Shown: one piece after another, positions 11,102-23,300 of the stretch
How positions within the stretch are numbered: the stretch's first letter is position 1
Layout of the letters: each line of letters starts with the position of its first letter
DNA from: Guillardia theta CCMP2712
Taxonomy: Eukaryota; Protista; Cryptophyta
DNA: 64,000 bases
NCBI RefSeq assembly: GCF_000315625.1
Contig: NW_005434673.1
Location: 978,828 to 1,042,827, forward strand
Direction: 5' to 3'
Notes under the pieces: model-generated
What the model was told of the DNA's origin: nothing
Database searches by the model: none
Seen by the model: only the letters and a program-made list of their open reading frames with translations
Made by a program: the position numbers and the translations under genes

Positions 11102-14100
11102 ATGGACTCGAGGATCCAGCCGCACTCGGCAGGGAGCATGAACGCAGGCGGGCAAGAGGAATTTCAGCACCTAGCGTACCCGTCGACAGAGCTCATGGAG
11201 AAGGAGCCCTGTACCGGCGTCTCTGTGAATGGGAGGAATGAGGGAGCGAAGGGCGAAGGCATGCAGCTCAGGAAGAGAAAACCCTCCCTTGTAGGAAGGA
11301 GGAGTGTATCACCACCGAGGAGAGGAACTTCGAACCGATCGATCTCACAGGAGGAGGAGAATGAAGCGCCCACGCGCCCACGCACTCTCTTCAAGACCTT
11401 CCCCGGCGTCTTTCTCTTCTGCTTCTGGGTGGTTGAGTTTGGGATCCTCGTTCACCTCCTCCCCCTCATCACTCCGTACGATTGTGTGGCTTCCCAGGAG
11501 GCTGAGCAACTGCATGAGGCGCTCAAGAATTCCAAGATTGTGAAAGTGATGATTGCACTCATCTTTGGGATCTGCATCATGTTAGACTTGTCGGGCATTG
11601 TGATCTCCATCAGCCCAAAGAAGAAGCAGTTGAACAGCATGGTGTTGTTCATCAACTCCGTCTCCTTCAGCATTTACATCTCCACCATCTTCGACGTCAT
11701 GCCGACAATCTGCGATGTCAACGGAAAGCCCATCCCGATATTTGTTTATGTGCAGTGGATACACACAACACCTGTCATGATCATAGTTCAGTCTGCTTTG
11801 GGGATGTCCATGGAGGTTCGTGGCTGTTCACGATGCATTCAGATCTGACGCACGCTCAGGAGGATTTTGTGAAGGATTGGAAAGCTGTTTGCTGGACCAT
11901 CTTTTGGGATGAATTGATGATGGTCCTGGGTAATAACATCACAGGTTTCACATGCTTCCATGCTCACGGTTGGACAGGTATCGTCCATACCTTCCTGGAC
12001 CAGCACTGGATAGGGTGGGCAGCTTTCTTTGCCTCCTGTTTGAGCTTCGTGCTAGTTTGCAGAGGAATCCATCATCTGTCAAAAGCAAGGTGATAGAATC
12101 GTCAGCGCAAGTCTCCCGCTAGTCCACCCTCACTCTTGTTTCAGCGCAAACAACGCCGCTACCACCTACGAGATGACGTCGATTCAAGGCCTCGAGATGC
12201 TCACCTACATGCTGTGGTCTGCCTTCCCTTGCATTCATTTCTTGCACTACATGGGTGAGTTTCTATATTGGTCCTACAGAGAGGGAGAGGTGTTCTTACT
12301 GACGTGCAGGATTCATTGACGGCCTGTATTACGAGATCCTTCGCTCATTCGTCGATGTCACGTCGAAGTTGATCTATTCAGGTCAGTGCAGACAGACAGT
12401 GTTGCTCTTCGTGACTCCTTCAATGCTCCAGTTGCTCTGCTCACCGGAAATTTTTGCGTTTTGGATATTGTCGCAACGTTGCGACTAGCACAGGTGAGAA
12501 AAGGGGAACATGGGTGTGGGGATGGCGGAAAAGTAGTAGTTTGAGGTGTGGTCAGAGGAGGGGGAGGAGCAGGAGGAGGCGAAAGATAATCATGAGATTC
12601 CTGCTGCAGGTTCAAGCAGAGAAGGAAAGAGACTCGAAGCATAACGCTGTCGTGCGTGCCGAGGTCTCCTCAGCCTCGATCTTCAGGCATCTGAGCTGCC
12701 ATGCAGGCCATGAATCGAGCGCTTCAGATGGCGTACCTGGAGGCAGAGACTTCAGCCCGCCTCGCCCGTCAGTTCCTCGCCAACATGAGCCATGAGCTTC
12801 GCACTCCCCTCAACGCCGTCATCGCCTTCACTTCCCTCGTCCTCGACTCCCGCGACCTCAGTCCCCTCCATGAAGAGTACCTCTCCTCCTCCTTGACCTC
12901 CGCCGAGGCTCTCCTTGGCATCATCAACCAGGTCCTGGACTTCTCCAAATTTCATGCGCAGGAGGAGGAGGAGGAGGAGGGAGGGGAGGAAGAACGACCC
13001 AAGTCGTCCGACGCTCGGCCCTCGCTAGTTCAGCTCAACATCCAGACGTTCGACCTGCTCAAAATCTGCGACGAGATCTGCGACATTCTGGCAGAGCGAG
13101 TGAACGCGCGCGACGTCGACTTTGCGGTGGAGATCTGTCCACTGCTGCGGGGGGAGAAGGTGCCGAAGCTGCTGGGAGACCCGGTGAGGCTCCGCCAGTG
13201 TCTCGTCAACCTCTGCGACAATGCCGCCAAGTTCTCCAAGGATACGGGGGGTCAGGCCCTCTTGTCCGTCGAGGTGGAGGAAGGAGCCTTCGGCGAGCTG
13301 CTGGTGCTCGCTCAAGTCTGGGACAACGGCGATGGCATCCCCAAGGACAAGCAGCCGCTCCTCTTCGTTCCTTTCTCGCAGGTCCCCCCCCTCACCCCCC
13401 CCCCCCACACACACCAAGCATCTCTGCTGCTGGAGTGTTTGACATGGTACCAGGTGGACTGCAAGTACTCCCGCAAACATGGCGGGACGGGGCTGGGGCT
13501 CGCGATCACCAAGAAGATCGTGGACGCTATGGAAGGTTCGATCGAAGTTTTTAGCGAAGGACCAGACAAAGGGTCCACCTTCACCATGCAGATCTCGTTC
13601 CCCGTCGCCGCCGATGGGGAGGAGGGGCTGCAGCAAGGTTCTCCTCTACGTATGACCAAGCTGAGGTACGATCGTCTCTTTCGCCTCCCCTCTCCCCCTT
13701 TCCCTGTCTCCCTCCTCCTCTCCGTCTCCCTCCCTCCTCTCCACTCTCCCCCTTCTCTCTCCGCTGATCACCCCATCGCAGCGGCTGTGTCAAGGTGCTG
13801 TTGCCCAAGGGTCCCGGCCAAGAGCTCGCGGTCAAACTTTGCGAATCCTGGGGACTGAAGGTGGACAACTTTTGCTACGAGCAAAATGCGGTGCCATCGA
13901 TAGGCAAGATCCGGTCGCTGTTAAACAGCTTCGAGTGGAAGGGAGAAACCAAGGTCGTGCTGCTCATCGACTCCAAGATCCACTCCCTCCTCATCGACGA
14001 GAACATCCAGCTGGCAACTGGCAAGAACATCCTCGTGGTCGGCAGCCTCGACCACCTCTGGGAGCAGATGCAGCGGGTGCGGGTGGATCCTGCTAGGTTC

Positions 14101-15181
14101 CTCCTCCGTCCCATCAAGTCCTCTCTCTTCCGCCACAAGCTGGAGGCTGCTATTGCTCTCTCCAGCACCACAGACTCGCACCTGACCGTAGAGTCCATGC
14201 GCACCTCGTTCTTCAAGGAGGTTCAGTTCGGGACGAGGCTCGACTTCCAGTACGACTCCAGCATGCCCACTCATGTTCTGGTGGTGGAGGTAGGGATTCT
14301 CGTTTCCTCTCACTTGCTCTGCTCTGAGTTTGTTCTCCCTCGCCCTCTTCCTCGTGCTACTCGTGCTGCGTCCTCACCTTCGTCCACGTCCTCCCTCCTC
14401 ACACTGGATGCAGGACAACCCGGTCAATCAGAAAGTTGCGGTCGCGATGGTGCAGAAGACTCTCGGTAAGTGACTTGAGGGGGGGGGGGGGGAGGCAGCG
14501 CATGACGAGGAACATCAGGACGGGAGCATGTGATTGTTGACGTCGCAAACAACGGTGAGCAAGAGTCTCGCCACGTTCGAGTTTTGTGCCTTCCTCGTCC
14601 TCATCCTGTGCCTTGATTCGCATCCCCCTCGTGCTGCACCTTGCTGCCTCCTCGGCCTCCTCTGCCTCCTATTCTCTTTCTCCTGCCATGACGTGCTGCT
14701 CTTCCAGGTCGGGAAGGCTTGGCCAATTCAACAGAGCACGGCCACAAGTGAGTTAGCTGGCAGGGGTGCTGGAGAAACTGACGAGGAGCAGGTACGATCT
14801 TATCCTCATGGACGTCCAGATGCCTGTCATGGACGGCTTGGAGGCCACGAGACGCATCAGGGAGTGGGAGAAGGTGGGTGGAGAGTCTGTGCTAGACCAG
14901 CTCTGACATGGGTGCAGTCGCATGCGGGGGAGGCTCCATACTTCATCGTTGCGGTCACAGCGCATGCCAGCAAGATGCATGTGGAAGAATGCTTAGAAGC
15001 AGGTGAAGTCTTCACTTTACTCCTCTCACCCTGCAGTCTCCTTCCTCTCCCTCCCCTCCCCTGAAGGATCCCCTCAGGAATGAACAGGCACGCGAGCAAA
15101 CCGCTCACCCTCGTGTCGATGAGAAGAGTTGTCGAGGAGTATCGCGATTGGCGCGTCAAGATGTTCAAATCTTGTAAATAG
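11102..15181 (+). CDS. Histidine kinase rhodopsin (microbial rhodopsin + HisKA + HATPase_c + degenerate REC + REC)
   Basis: Spliced exons give helix [15 protein letters not shown], helix [11 protein letters not shown], helix F MLWSAFP and helix [11 protein letters not shown] (Lys at 12366-12368). H-box [11 protein letters not shown]; N-box [10 protein letters not shown]; G1 DNGDGIP; G2 GGTGLGL; receiver [28 protein letters not shown]. Stop TAG at 15179-15181. Confidence 0.92.
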
Positions 15182-15303
15182 CGAAGATTCACCAACATCG
15201 ATATTGTTTCTCTACAAAGAACAGCCCATTCACAAACAAACCTGCCGCCACATTCCTTCCATTTCCTCTGAGCAGGAGCGAGAGAGAGCGAAGGGCGGGG
15301 GCT

Positions 15304-16546
15304 TTAGAGGAGGAAGGAGTCAACGGAATGTCTCCTGGCACCGGCGGTGTCAGGCATGAGGCAGACCAAGGAGCCAGCAGCGAGGGGGGAGAGGTTCAGC
15401 AGGTCGGGGATGAGGTCAGGGTTGAGCCCCTGCAGGGTTGTCATGTTCATCCCGAACCTGCTCGAGAGCCTCGTCCAGGTATCCCCCACCTGCGACAGGT
15501 ACAGATTCCCGAGCCTGATCCTCTGACCGACCAGCAGCTCGTCCGGGGAGAAGAGCTGGCGGTTCGATGACCAGATCTGCGTCCAGTCGGTCTGGTGGCG
15601 GTAGGCGAGGCTCTGGAGGGAATCGGAGGAGGAGATGCAGTAGAAACATTTGTCGACCGAGTACCTCACCTGGGCATACTCGCAGCTCCCTCGCCTCAGC
15701 AGCTCAGCCACGAACGTCCGCGCGTTCCCCGCCATGTCCATCTCAGGCGTCCAGCGGATCTGGAGGGAGTGAACTTTGACGTATCCCCACTCCCTCGCGT
15801 CGATGAACTGATCGCCGTTGGTGTCCAGCAGACTCACGAGCTTGCTGCGCATGTCCTTGCTGTAGTTGAAGGCGCCGGCACGCGAGAACTCCAAGCGGGA
15901 GAGCACGCCATTGCTGTCGGCGTCAAGAAAGGAGACGAGGAGGTAGGGAGAGGAAACTTTCATCATTCTGTAGGCTCTCAGCGCCTCTTGCGCGTCCAGC
16001 ACGCCGTTCCCATCCACATCGAAGGTGTCGAAGATGACAGTGCGATAGATGAAGTCCCCTTGACGGCTCCACTCCTACACCATCAGGTCAGGACCAGCAG
16101 AGTCAGCCCTCAGAGGAAACCTGCTTTGACCGCCTCCCATCCTTGTTCAAGTCCAACTGATTCACAAGGTCATAGCGAATGGCGCTGGCGTTGGTCAGGC
16201 CCAGGGCCCTTTCAAACTCCAGCACCTCACTGTAGCTCAGCGAGAAATCGCCATTGAGATCGAAAACATTGAAGAGCACGTCGGAGTATGGCAGAGGGTA
16301 GCTGGACGACGTCGACACGTCAACAATGGAGCCTGGAGGAACCGAGTCCCGTTCGATGCTGTCCATGCTCAAGGTGCTCCATATCATGCTGAAGTTGACT
16401 TGGATCAAGGTCTCGCAGCCGGGCGACGTGAATTCCAGAGAGAGGTTGTAGGGTAGAAGTGGGCATTCAATCAAGGCTGTACAACACCCAATCCATGAAA
16501 TGAACACAATCGCTGCATACCCTATCCTCCCACTCCTTTGCAACAT
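15304..16546 (-). CDS. Secreted protein with five EF-hand loops and two C-terminal LysM domains (2 exons, intron 16075-16120)
   Basis: Hydrophobic N-terminus (YAAIVFISWIGCCTA). EF loops DLNGDFSLSYSE, DLNKDGRRSKQE, DVDGNGVLDAQE, DADSNGVLSRLE, DTNGDQFIDARE. LysM patterns Y.I...DSLQSLA....W..IW..N......L.VGQRI and GDTW..LS.RFG.....LQ.LNP. Confidence 0.82.
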
Positions 16547-16595
16547 AGTTGAGCGCTTGTATTCTATATCCCTTCCTTGTAAAAGCTTTTAGATT

Positions 16596-16890
16596 CTCTC
16601 TCCTCTCTCCTCTCCTCTCCTCTCCTCTCCTCTCCTCTCCTCTCCTCTCCTCTCCTCTCCTCNNNNNNNNNNNNNNNNNNNNNNNNNNNNNNNNNNNNNN
16701 NNNNNNNNNNNNNNNNNNNNNNNNNNNNNNNNNNNNNNNNNNNNNNNNNNNNNNNNNNNNNNGACCTCTCCTTTCGTCTCCTCTCCTCTCCTCTCCTCTC
16801 CTCTCCTCTCCTCTCCTCCTCCTCCTCCTCTCCTCTCCTCTCCTCTCCTCTCCTCTCCTCTCCTCTCCTCTCCTCTCCTCTCCTCTCCTC
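16596..16890. repeat. (CCTCT)n pentamer microsatellite spanning a 100-N gap (16663-16762)
   Basis: Directly visible. Confidence 0.95.
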
Positions 16891-17319
16891 GTTGCCGTTC
16901 GATGTATTGATCACAAATTCTCACTTTTCTAACTAACTCTAACTCCGCTCAACTTACATAAAAAAGAAGTCAAACTTGAAACCTCCGTTTTCATTTTCAA
17001 GTTTGACTTCTTTTTTACGGTAGGTAGGTAGAAGAGTAGTACTAGTTTTTAACTTAACTTTGAGTAACTTAACGAGAGTAGACTGTACTGAGACACAGTG
17101 AAGTAGTTCGCTCCTTATAATAGTGGTAGTAGTACTGACGCTGGCACGGCCCGGCCGCCGGCCGCGCACACCTTGCGCGGTGCCACACTGGGTGCCACAG
17201 TGTGATGGCAACTGAGACCCAATGAAGAGAATGACAAGATGGGAATTTGAAGAGGGAGAGGAAAACAGGTCGAAGAGAAGATGATTAGAAGAGCTGAGCA
17301 GTCTTTGTTCTCTGCTGCA

Positions 17320-20300
17320 TCAGAAGAGCCTCCACTCGCCGCATGGGGTGAGGATATTGCAGAGGAGATAGCATTTCCCCGTTGAGTCTCCGCAAGCAAG
17401 GATACCCTGTGGTCAATCAACGTCAGAGCAGCGCGTATCGCTATCTTGACTCACCGTCCGCAAGCTCGTCGCTGACACTGAGCTACAAGCTGACTCGCAT
17501 ATCCACCTTCCCACCTCGAGGAACGTCGAGCTCGAGTAGATGATGACATGCCTGTCCCACGACCCGGTGACGATGTGCCTGTTGCTGGGCGTGAACGTGA
17601 CCTGCGAGACAGTATCGCGATGATCCTCCCAGCACTTCACCAGCCCCCCTCGCAGATCCCACAGTCTGCAGCTCTTGTCAGGAGACCCGGACAGGATGGA
17701 AGATCCGTCGGGACTGAAGCGCACGGAGGTGATAGTCTCCGAGTGGGAGATCAACTTCCGCACCAGCCCCTTCATCCTCGCGTCCCAGACTCGCAAGAAG
17801 TTGTCGTCTCCCCCGCTCACGAAGACGTTGTCGCCAGGGGAGACGCTGCAGCTGCGGACGGCAGCGAGATGCCCCAGGTGAGGAGCAGCCTTGGAAAGCT
17901 CCTTGGCCGACTCCACGTCCCACAGCCTGATCGAGTGATCCAGCGACACTGACACGACTCTCCTGCCGGAGGGAAAGTAGTCTACCTCCAGCACGCTCGC
18001 TTCATGTCCCCTCAGTGCTGCCAACAGACGTCCAGACTGCAGCTCCCAGAACTTGATAGCCTCGTCCTCAGAGGAGGTGATGAAGTGCGAGCCCTCGGGA
18101 TGAAACTTGCACGACGTCAGCGCCCCAGCATGTCCTCTCCTCGGCTCCTCGACTATCTTGGCGTCCCGGAGGCTCCGGAGGGCGTATGAGGTGTCGTCAG
18201 AGGCTGTGATGAAGAAGTCTCCCTTGGGGGAGAAGGCGATGCTGGTCAGGCTGCCGTACTGCTCGAACACTCGCTCACTCCTCTGCGGGCTGACTCCCTC
18301 ACTCCTCTGCGGGCTGACTTCTCCTCCTCCTCGTTGAATCTTCTCCTCCTTCTCCTCCTCATCTCCCTGAGAAGCCTCCCCCTTGGACGCTTTCTTGGCG
18401 GTTGAGTGAGACTGGCTCGGATCGTCGCGCAAGAGCCCCCGCAGGTTCCAAGTGCGGATGGAGCCGTCAGCCCCTGACGACAGCGCCACGTACTCGTCTA
18501 TCGACACCGCGACGCCGTAGACAGGCCCCTGGTGCCCGGCGAACTCGAACAAGGAGAAGTCCACCAGGGGGTCCCACACCCTCACCGTCGCGTCGTAGGA
18601 GGTGGAGAGGATGTAGAGACCCGAGGGAGTGTAAGTCAGGGCCAGCACTGGCCCCTTGTGCCCCTCCAGCTGCCGCTCAACTGAGCAGTCTGACAGCTTC
18701 CAGATCAAAATCTTGCAGTCGTCGCCGCTCGACGCGAACTGATCGGGAAACCTTGGGTTAAAGCAGAGGGCCCGCAGGCCGTTGGAGTGACCTCGCAGGA
18801 CGTTGTTTGGCTGCCTGATCTCCTTCACGTTGTCGTCGAAGGACGAGAACTTCCAGGTCATGATGACAGCGTCGGATCCAGCTGAGAAGATCCAGGCGCC
18901 GTCGTTGGAGAAGCAGCAGGCTCTGACCCCCAGCTGGTGCGAGAAGAGCACGTGGGTCTCGCGGAAGGTGAGGGCGTCGAACACGTGGATGGTTGCCTTC
19001 TGTGTACCGGCGATGATGGTGTTCCCGTCGGGGCTGAACTTGCAGCAGGTGGCAGGAGACTCGACGTAAAGGTTGGCGAGCTCGATGCCGGACTGGATCT
19101 CCCAGAGCTTGACGGAAGTGTCGATGGAGGCCGTGATCATCCTCAGCCCGTTGGAGGAGATGTCAATGGCTGTGATCGCGCTCCTGTGCCCCCGCAGCTC
19201 ATGCACGCAGGCTCCGCTCTCCATGGTCCAGAACTTAGCGATGCTGTCGTCAGCTACCGATACGACGTACCTCCCGTCATGCGTGACAGCGAGCGCTCGG
19301 ATCCACCCCTTGTGCCCTCGGATGGTGCGCAGAAGAAGCATGGCCTCCTCACTGACTTTGATCTGCTTTAGCCAGTTCTGCCCCTCCCACCCGAAGCAGA
19401 CGTGCTGAAACGCCAGCTGGCTGACCAGTGAGCTGGAGGGCTCGTTGATCATAGTCTGGACTAGGAGCTGGGGGAATTGGAGCAGGGTCTCTGCTGAGGC
19501 CGTGAAGAAGCGCTGGAGCTGGAGGAGGCTGGAGGAGGTGGACAGGAGGTCGCCCTCGAACTGAGACTGAGGTGAGTGGATGAAGCTGAGAGTCACGAGC
19601 AAGTCGCTGCAGTACTCGTGCACCCTCCCTGTGAGGACGCAGAGTCGGATGAAGCTGAAGGACATAAGGATCTTGGTGGCCTCCTGGTACCGCTGAGCAT
19701 GGAGAAGGTGAGTTATGAGCGAGTTGGCTGCCCGATAGTCGTTCCCTGTCCAGGTGAGGGCGAGCTCCGGGTCTAACCTCGCCCAGAAGTAGGAGGAGAG
19801 CTTGTGATTGAAGGCTACCTTGACCGCTGGGTCCTGGAGGCCGTAACGCCTCGTCAAGAGCTGGACGAGCTTGCGGGAGGAGAACTGAAGAGTCTGGCTG
19901 TCGGCCTCCTTGAAGAAGAGAAGAGGGAGCAGGAAGTACTTCATGGACAGCCAGAGGGTCGTCGGAAGGATCTTGAGCTTTGTTGCGCTCCCACCTCCCG
20001 CACCTGCGATCGGCGACTCGATGGACTCGAGCCTCCTCTCCTCCAGCTGCTCCTCCAGCTGCTCCCGGGCATAGTCCTGCGCCACTATCATCCTGATCTC
20101 CGTTTCTGTCAGGCCGTACACAGACGCGATCATCAAGTTGACAACGTTCTTGCACAGCTGGGCACCGCAGAAGGTCTCTGCGCTCTGGAAGTAGAAGTCA
20201 CACAACCCTTCGAATGAAGGAGGCAGAACGCTGATGAAATCGTCCGCGTGCTTGAGATGCTGATCGAAGTCCAAGACCATGCTCCCGACCACCTTGAGGT

Positions 20301-23300
20301 AATCGGGCCAGTGCGACTCGGCTCTCTGCACGATGAGGCTCACTTGCTCCATGCTGAGTCGCTTGCTGCTGTGTCGCACCAGACAACTCAAGACTTCCTT
20401 GCGGTCAAACACGTCGAGGGGGTTGACTTGAAAGAAGACAACGGACAACCTCTGGTTGCTAGCGACTGCCTTTCGGATCATGCCGGCATGCGACATGGCG
20501 AAGATGAACTTGAAGCTCTGAGGGAGGCGGACGGGCAGCCAGTCGAACCGCAAGCCCTCGATCCTCTCAGGGCTGTCCAGGACTATCAAGACCTTCTTCT
20601 TGGGATGAAACTCGTCGACAAAGTGGCAGAGGTTGAGAAACTTGAGCCTGAGCAGGTTGTACTCCGAAGGGATCGGCAGCAGCTGCGAGGGATTCTGAGG
20701 AGGAAGCTTGGGGGAGTAGAGCTGCTTTGGGTGGGTGTATCCGCAACCCTCCAGCACCTGGGAGAGTCGCTGCAACAGGATGTAGAGAAAATACCTGACG
20801 GTGATCCTGCGGGAGGATACGGAGAAGTAAAAGCTCAAGACTATCGGATTGTCCCAGGAAGCCCCTCGCTCTCCCAAGTCGACTCTGCTCTTGCTCAACT
20901 GACGAATGCCTGTGTTGGAGTTGTTCTCTACCACCACCTGCTCTTCCAGCATTCTCTCCAACATCGCCATGAGCTTCGATTTGCCACAACCAGCCTCTCC
21001 TTGCACTATCAGCAACGAGTTTGCGTCGGGATCCGACACATGTTTCCGCAGCCGATCTAGGAACTCGTACCTTGCAGCGTATTTCTGGCTCTCATACTCA
21101 CCGAACCTCTCGAACCTCTCACATTCGTACTCAATGTTCTTCATCGGCCTCTCAAGGCAGCGCTGTAGAACTCCGGAGGATCGCAATGTTGCAAGGATGT
21201 CATCAGCAACTCGATTCCCAAAGTCTTCTAGCCCATCCAGCAGCACCCTCCCTTCCCCGTCCAGCCCGTTGTAGAAGCAAGGGTAGTCCTTGTAGACGGT
21301 CCCCTCAACCAGCAAGAGATCCTTGAGGTCTTGCAGCCGCTGCCGCATCGCCAGGTCCATGGAGGTATGGCGATCTCTTAGGCTAAGGAAGGGAAGTTCA
21401 GTCAGAAGTTTTCTCTTGTTACGGTCATCTCTCTTCATCACGTTGCGCAACGACTTGGGTGTCTTCTTGATCTGAAGGAGGAGCGAACCCTTCTCGTGCT
21501 CTCCCAGTGCTAGATTCAATGTTGTTGTAACTAGGGGAGAGATGTTGTCGAGATTGATCTCGGCCGTTCCTATCACCTTCCTTCCTCCGAAGATCTTTGT
21601 CGTGCAAGCCTGCAACGTGATAGTTTGATTCTCAACCTCCTCATTGTACAAGAGCCTGAACGACTCGTCGAAGAAACTGTTCTCACTTCCTCTTGTCTTC
21701 GTCTTCACCTTTTGATAGTCCAACTCCATTTCAACCCACACTGGCTGCCCTTGAATCCCCGTCTCCTCTATCTGATCGTCTTGTATGTACAACTTCTCGA
21801 TAAGTCGCACTCTCTTCAGCACGCTTTCTCCCTCCTTCAACGCTGACAGCCCTTGCTCTGTTTGCATCCCCATCAGCTCGTTCACGATTCCCTCGGGGCT
21901 CTTCGCAGCCTCCTCCCCGCTTGGCTGGTAGACATCGGGCTCGACTTGGAGCTCGAGGAGAAGAGCCCCGGGCTTGAGCTTCTTGGCCAGCTTCAAGTAG
22001 GAGGTGGGAGTCAGCCCAAGGGTCTTCCATGCTTTCTTCGTCCTGCCGTCCTGCAAGCTCTTGACGACCAGGCGCGACTTGAGGACGGAGAGGGAGGAAG
22101 CTATCTCATGGAGGATCTGTTCCTGCAGGTCCTCCCTGGCTGCCTTCCTCTTCTCGCCGCGCCCGATCACCGACCGGGTATCGTATTCCAGCAGCAGGAA
22201 GCACCACGTCCTGTACGCGTCTAGCTGGTCCTCTTGGATTCTCAGCACCTGGCTGCTCACAAAGCCACCGGCCTGCGCAGTCGTCTTGTGCGACAACTCC
22301 AGCCATCTCTCTCTCTCCACGTTCTGCCGCAGCGCCCAGGCCTGAGCTGCGTGTAGCGCCTGCACCCACAGATCCCTCGACTTCTTGTCCTTCGCTCGGA
22401 ACCTTAACTTCCTCAACGACTTTGTGTTGCCGAGAGGTTTTTCGAGGAGCTTGCCGATCATCATGACCTCGTCAAGTCGACGGCCTGTGACGTTTGCGAG
22501 GATGAAGTCTCGTTCTCCCTCCTTCGACACCTGCCAGCTCCACAAGTCAATCGTCGAGTGCTCAGGCTTGTCAGGAGGATCATTCTCCACCATGTACTCC
22601 ACCACAGCGAATCCCTGGAAATCCAACGAATTCTTCAGCTCCTCCAGTTGACCTTCGCTTGCTCCTTCTTGTTCAAAGTCCCACAAGACTTTCCCTGAGA
22701 TCTTTTCAACAACTCTCTCCGTGTACCCATCCTCGTCCTCAAACTCTTCGATCAGCTTGTCTTGAAACAGATACACACTCCGCAGCTCTACCACAGTCTT
22801 TCCAACAACGCTAGCATGCCGAGCTATCGTGTCGTACTTCACGTAATCCTTGTCGAGATCCACCGTCCAGAAAACTTCCTTTGACTTGAGGTGAACAAGG
22901 GAGATTGGCTGTCCGTCAGGGTGATCTAAGTTCCTGAAGGAGCCTTTCAACCCGTACCTCTCGTTTCTTATCTCTACCACGACCGTCTCCAGCCTCTTTG
23001 TCATCACCAGCTCATTGCTCAACATCACTGCGCCCTGAAGAAGCTCATCCAAGAAGGTCCTAGTATCAATCTCATCCTGCCACACCACTTGGCTCGTCCT
23101 GTAGTCCCTCATGATGACTGGATCCCCTGACAAGCTTCGCTGCAACGCAAAGATTTGCTGGTTGATATGATGATACTCCACCAAAGTCTTGTCCTCCACA
23201 TTCCTCCTTGACGGGACTCGTGCCGGTGCCAGCGGCTCGTCGACGAACTCGATCGGCTCAGTCATGATGTCGTCTCCTATGGAGGAGCTCCCCGCATCTT

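Noticed and set aside
2398-15181. TDO (ommochrome precursor enzyme) near a rhodopsin as a 'photoreceptor + screening pigment' cluster
   Set aside because: An unrelated transporter lies between them, no other kynurenine or ommochrome genes are present, and proximity in a compact eukaryotic genome is not evidence.
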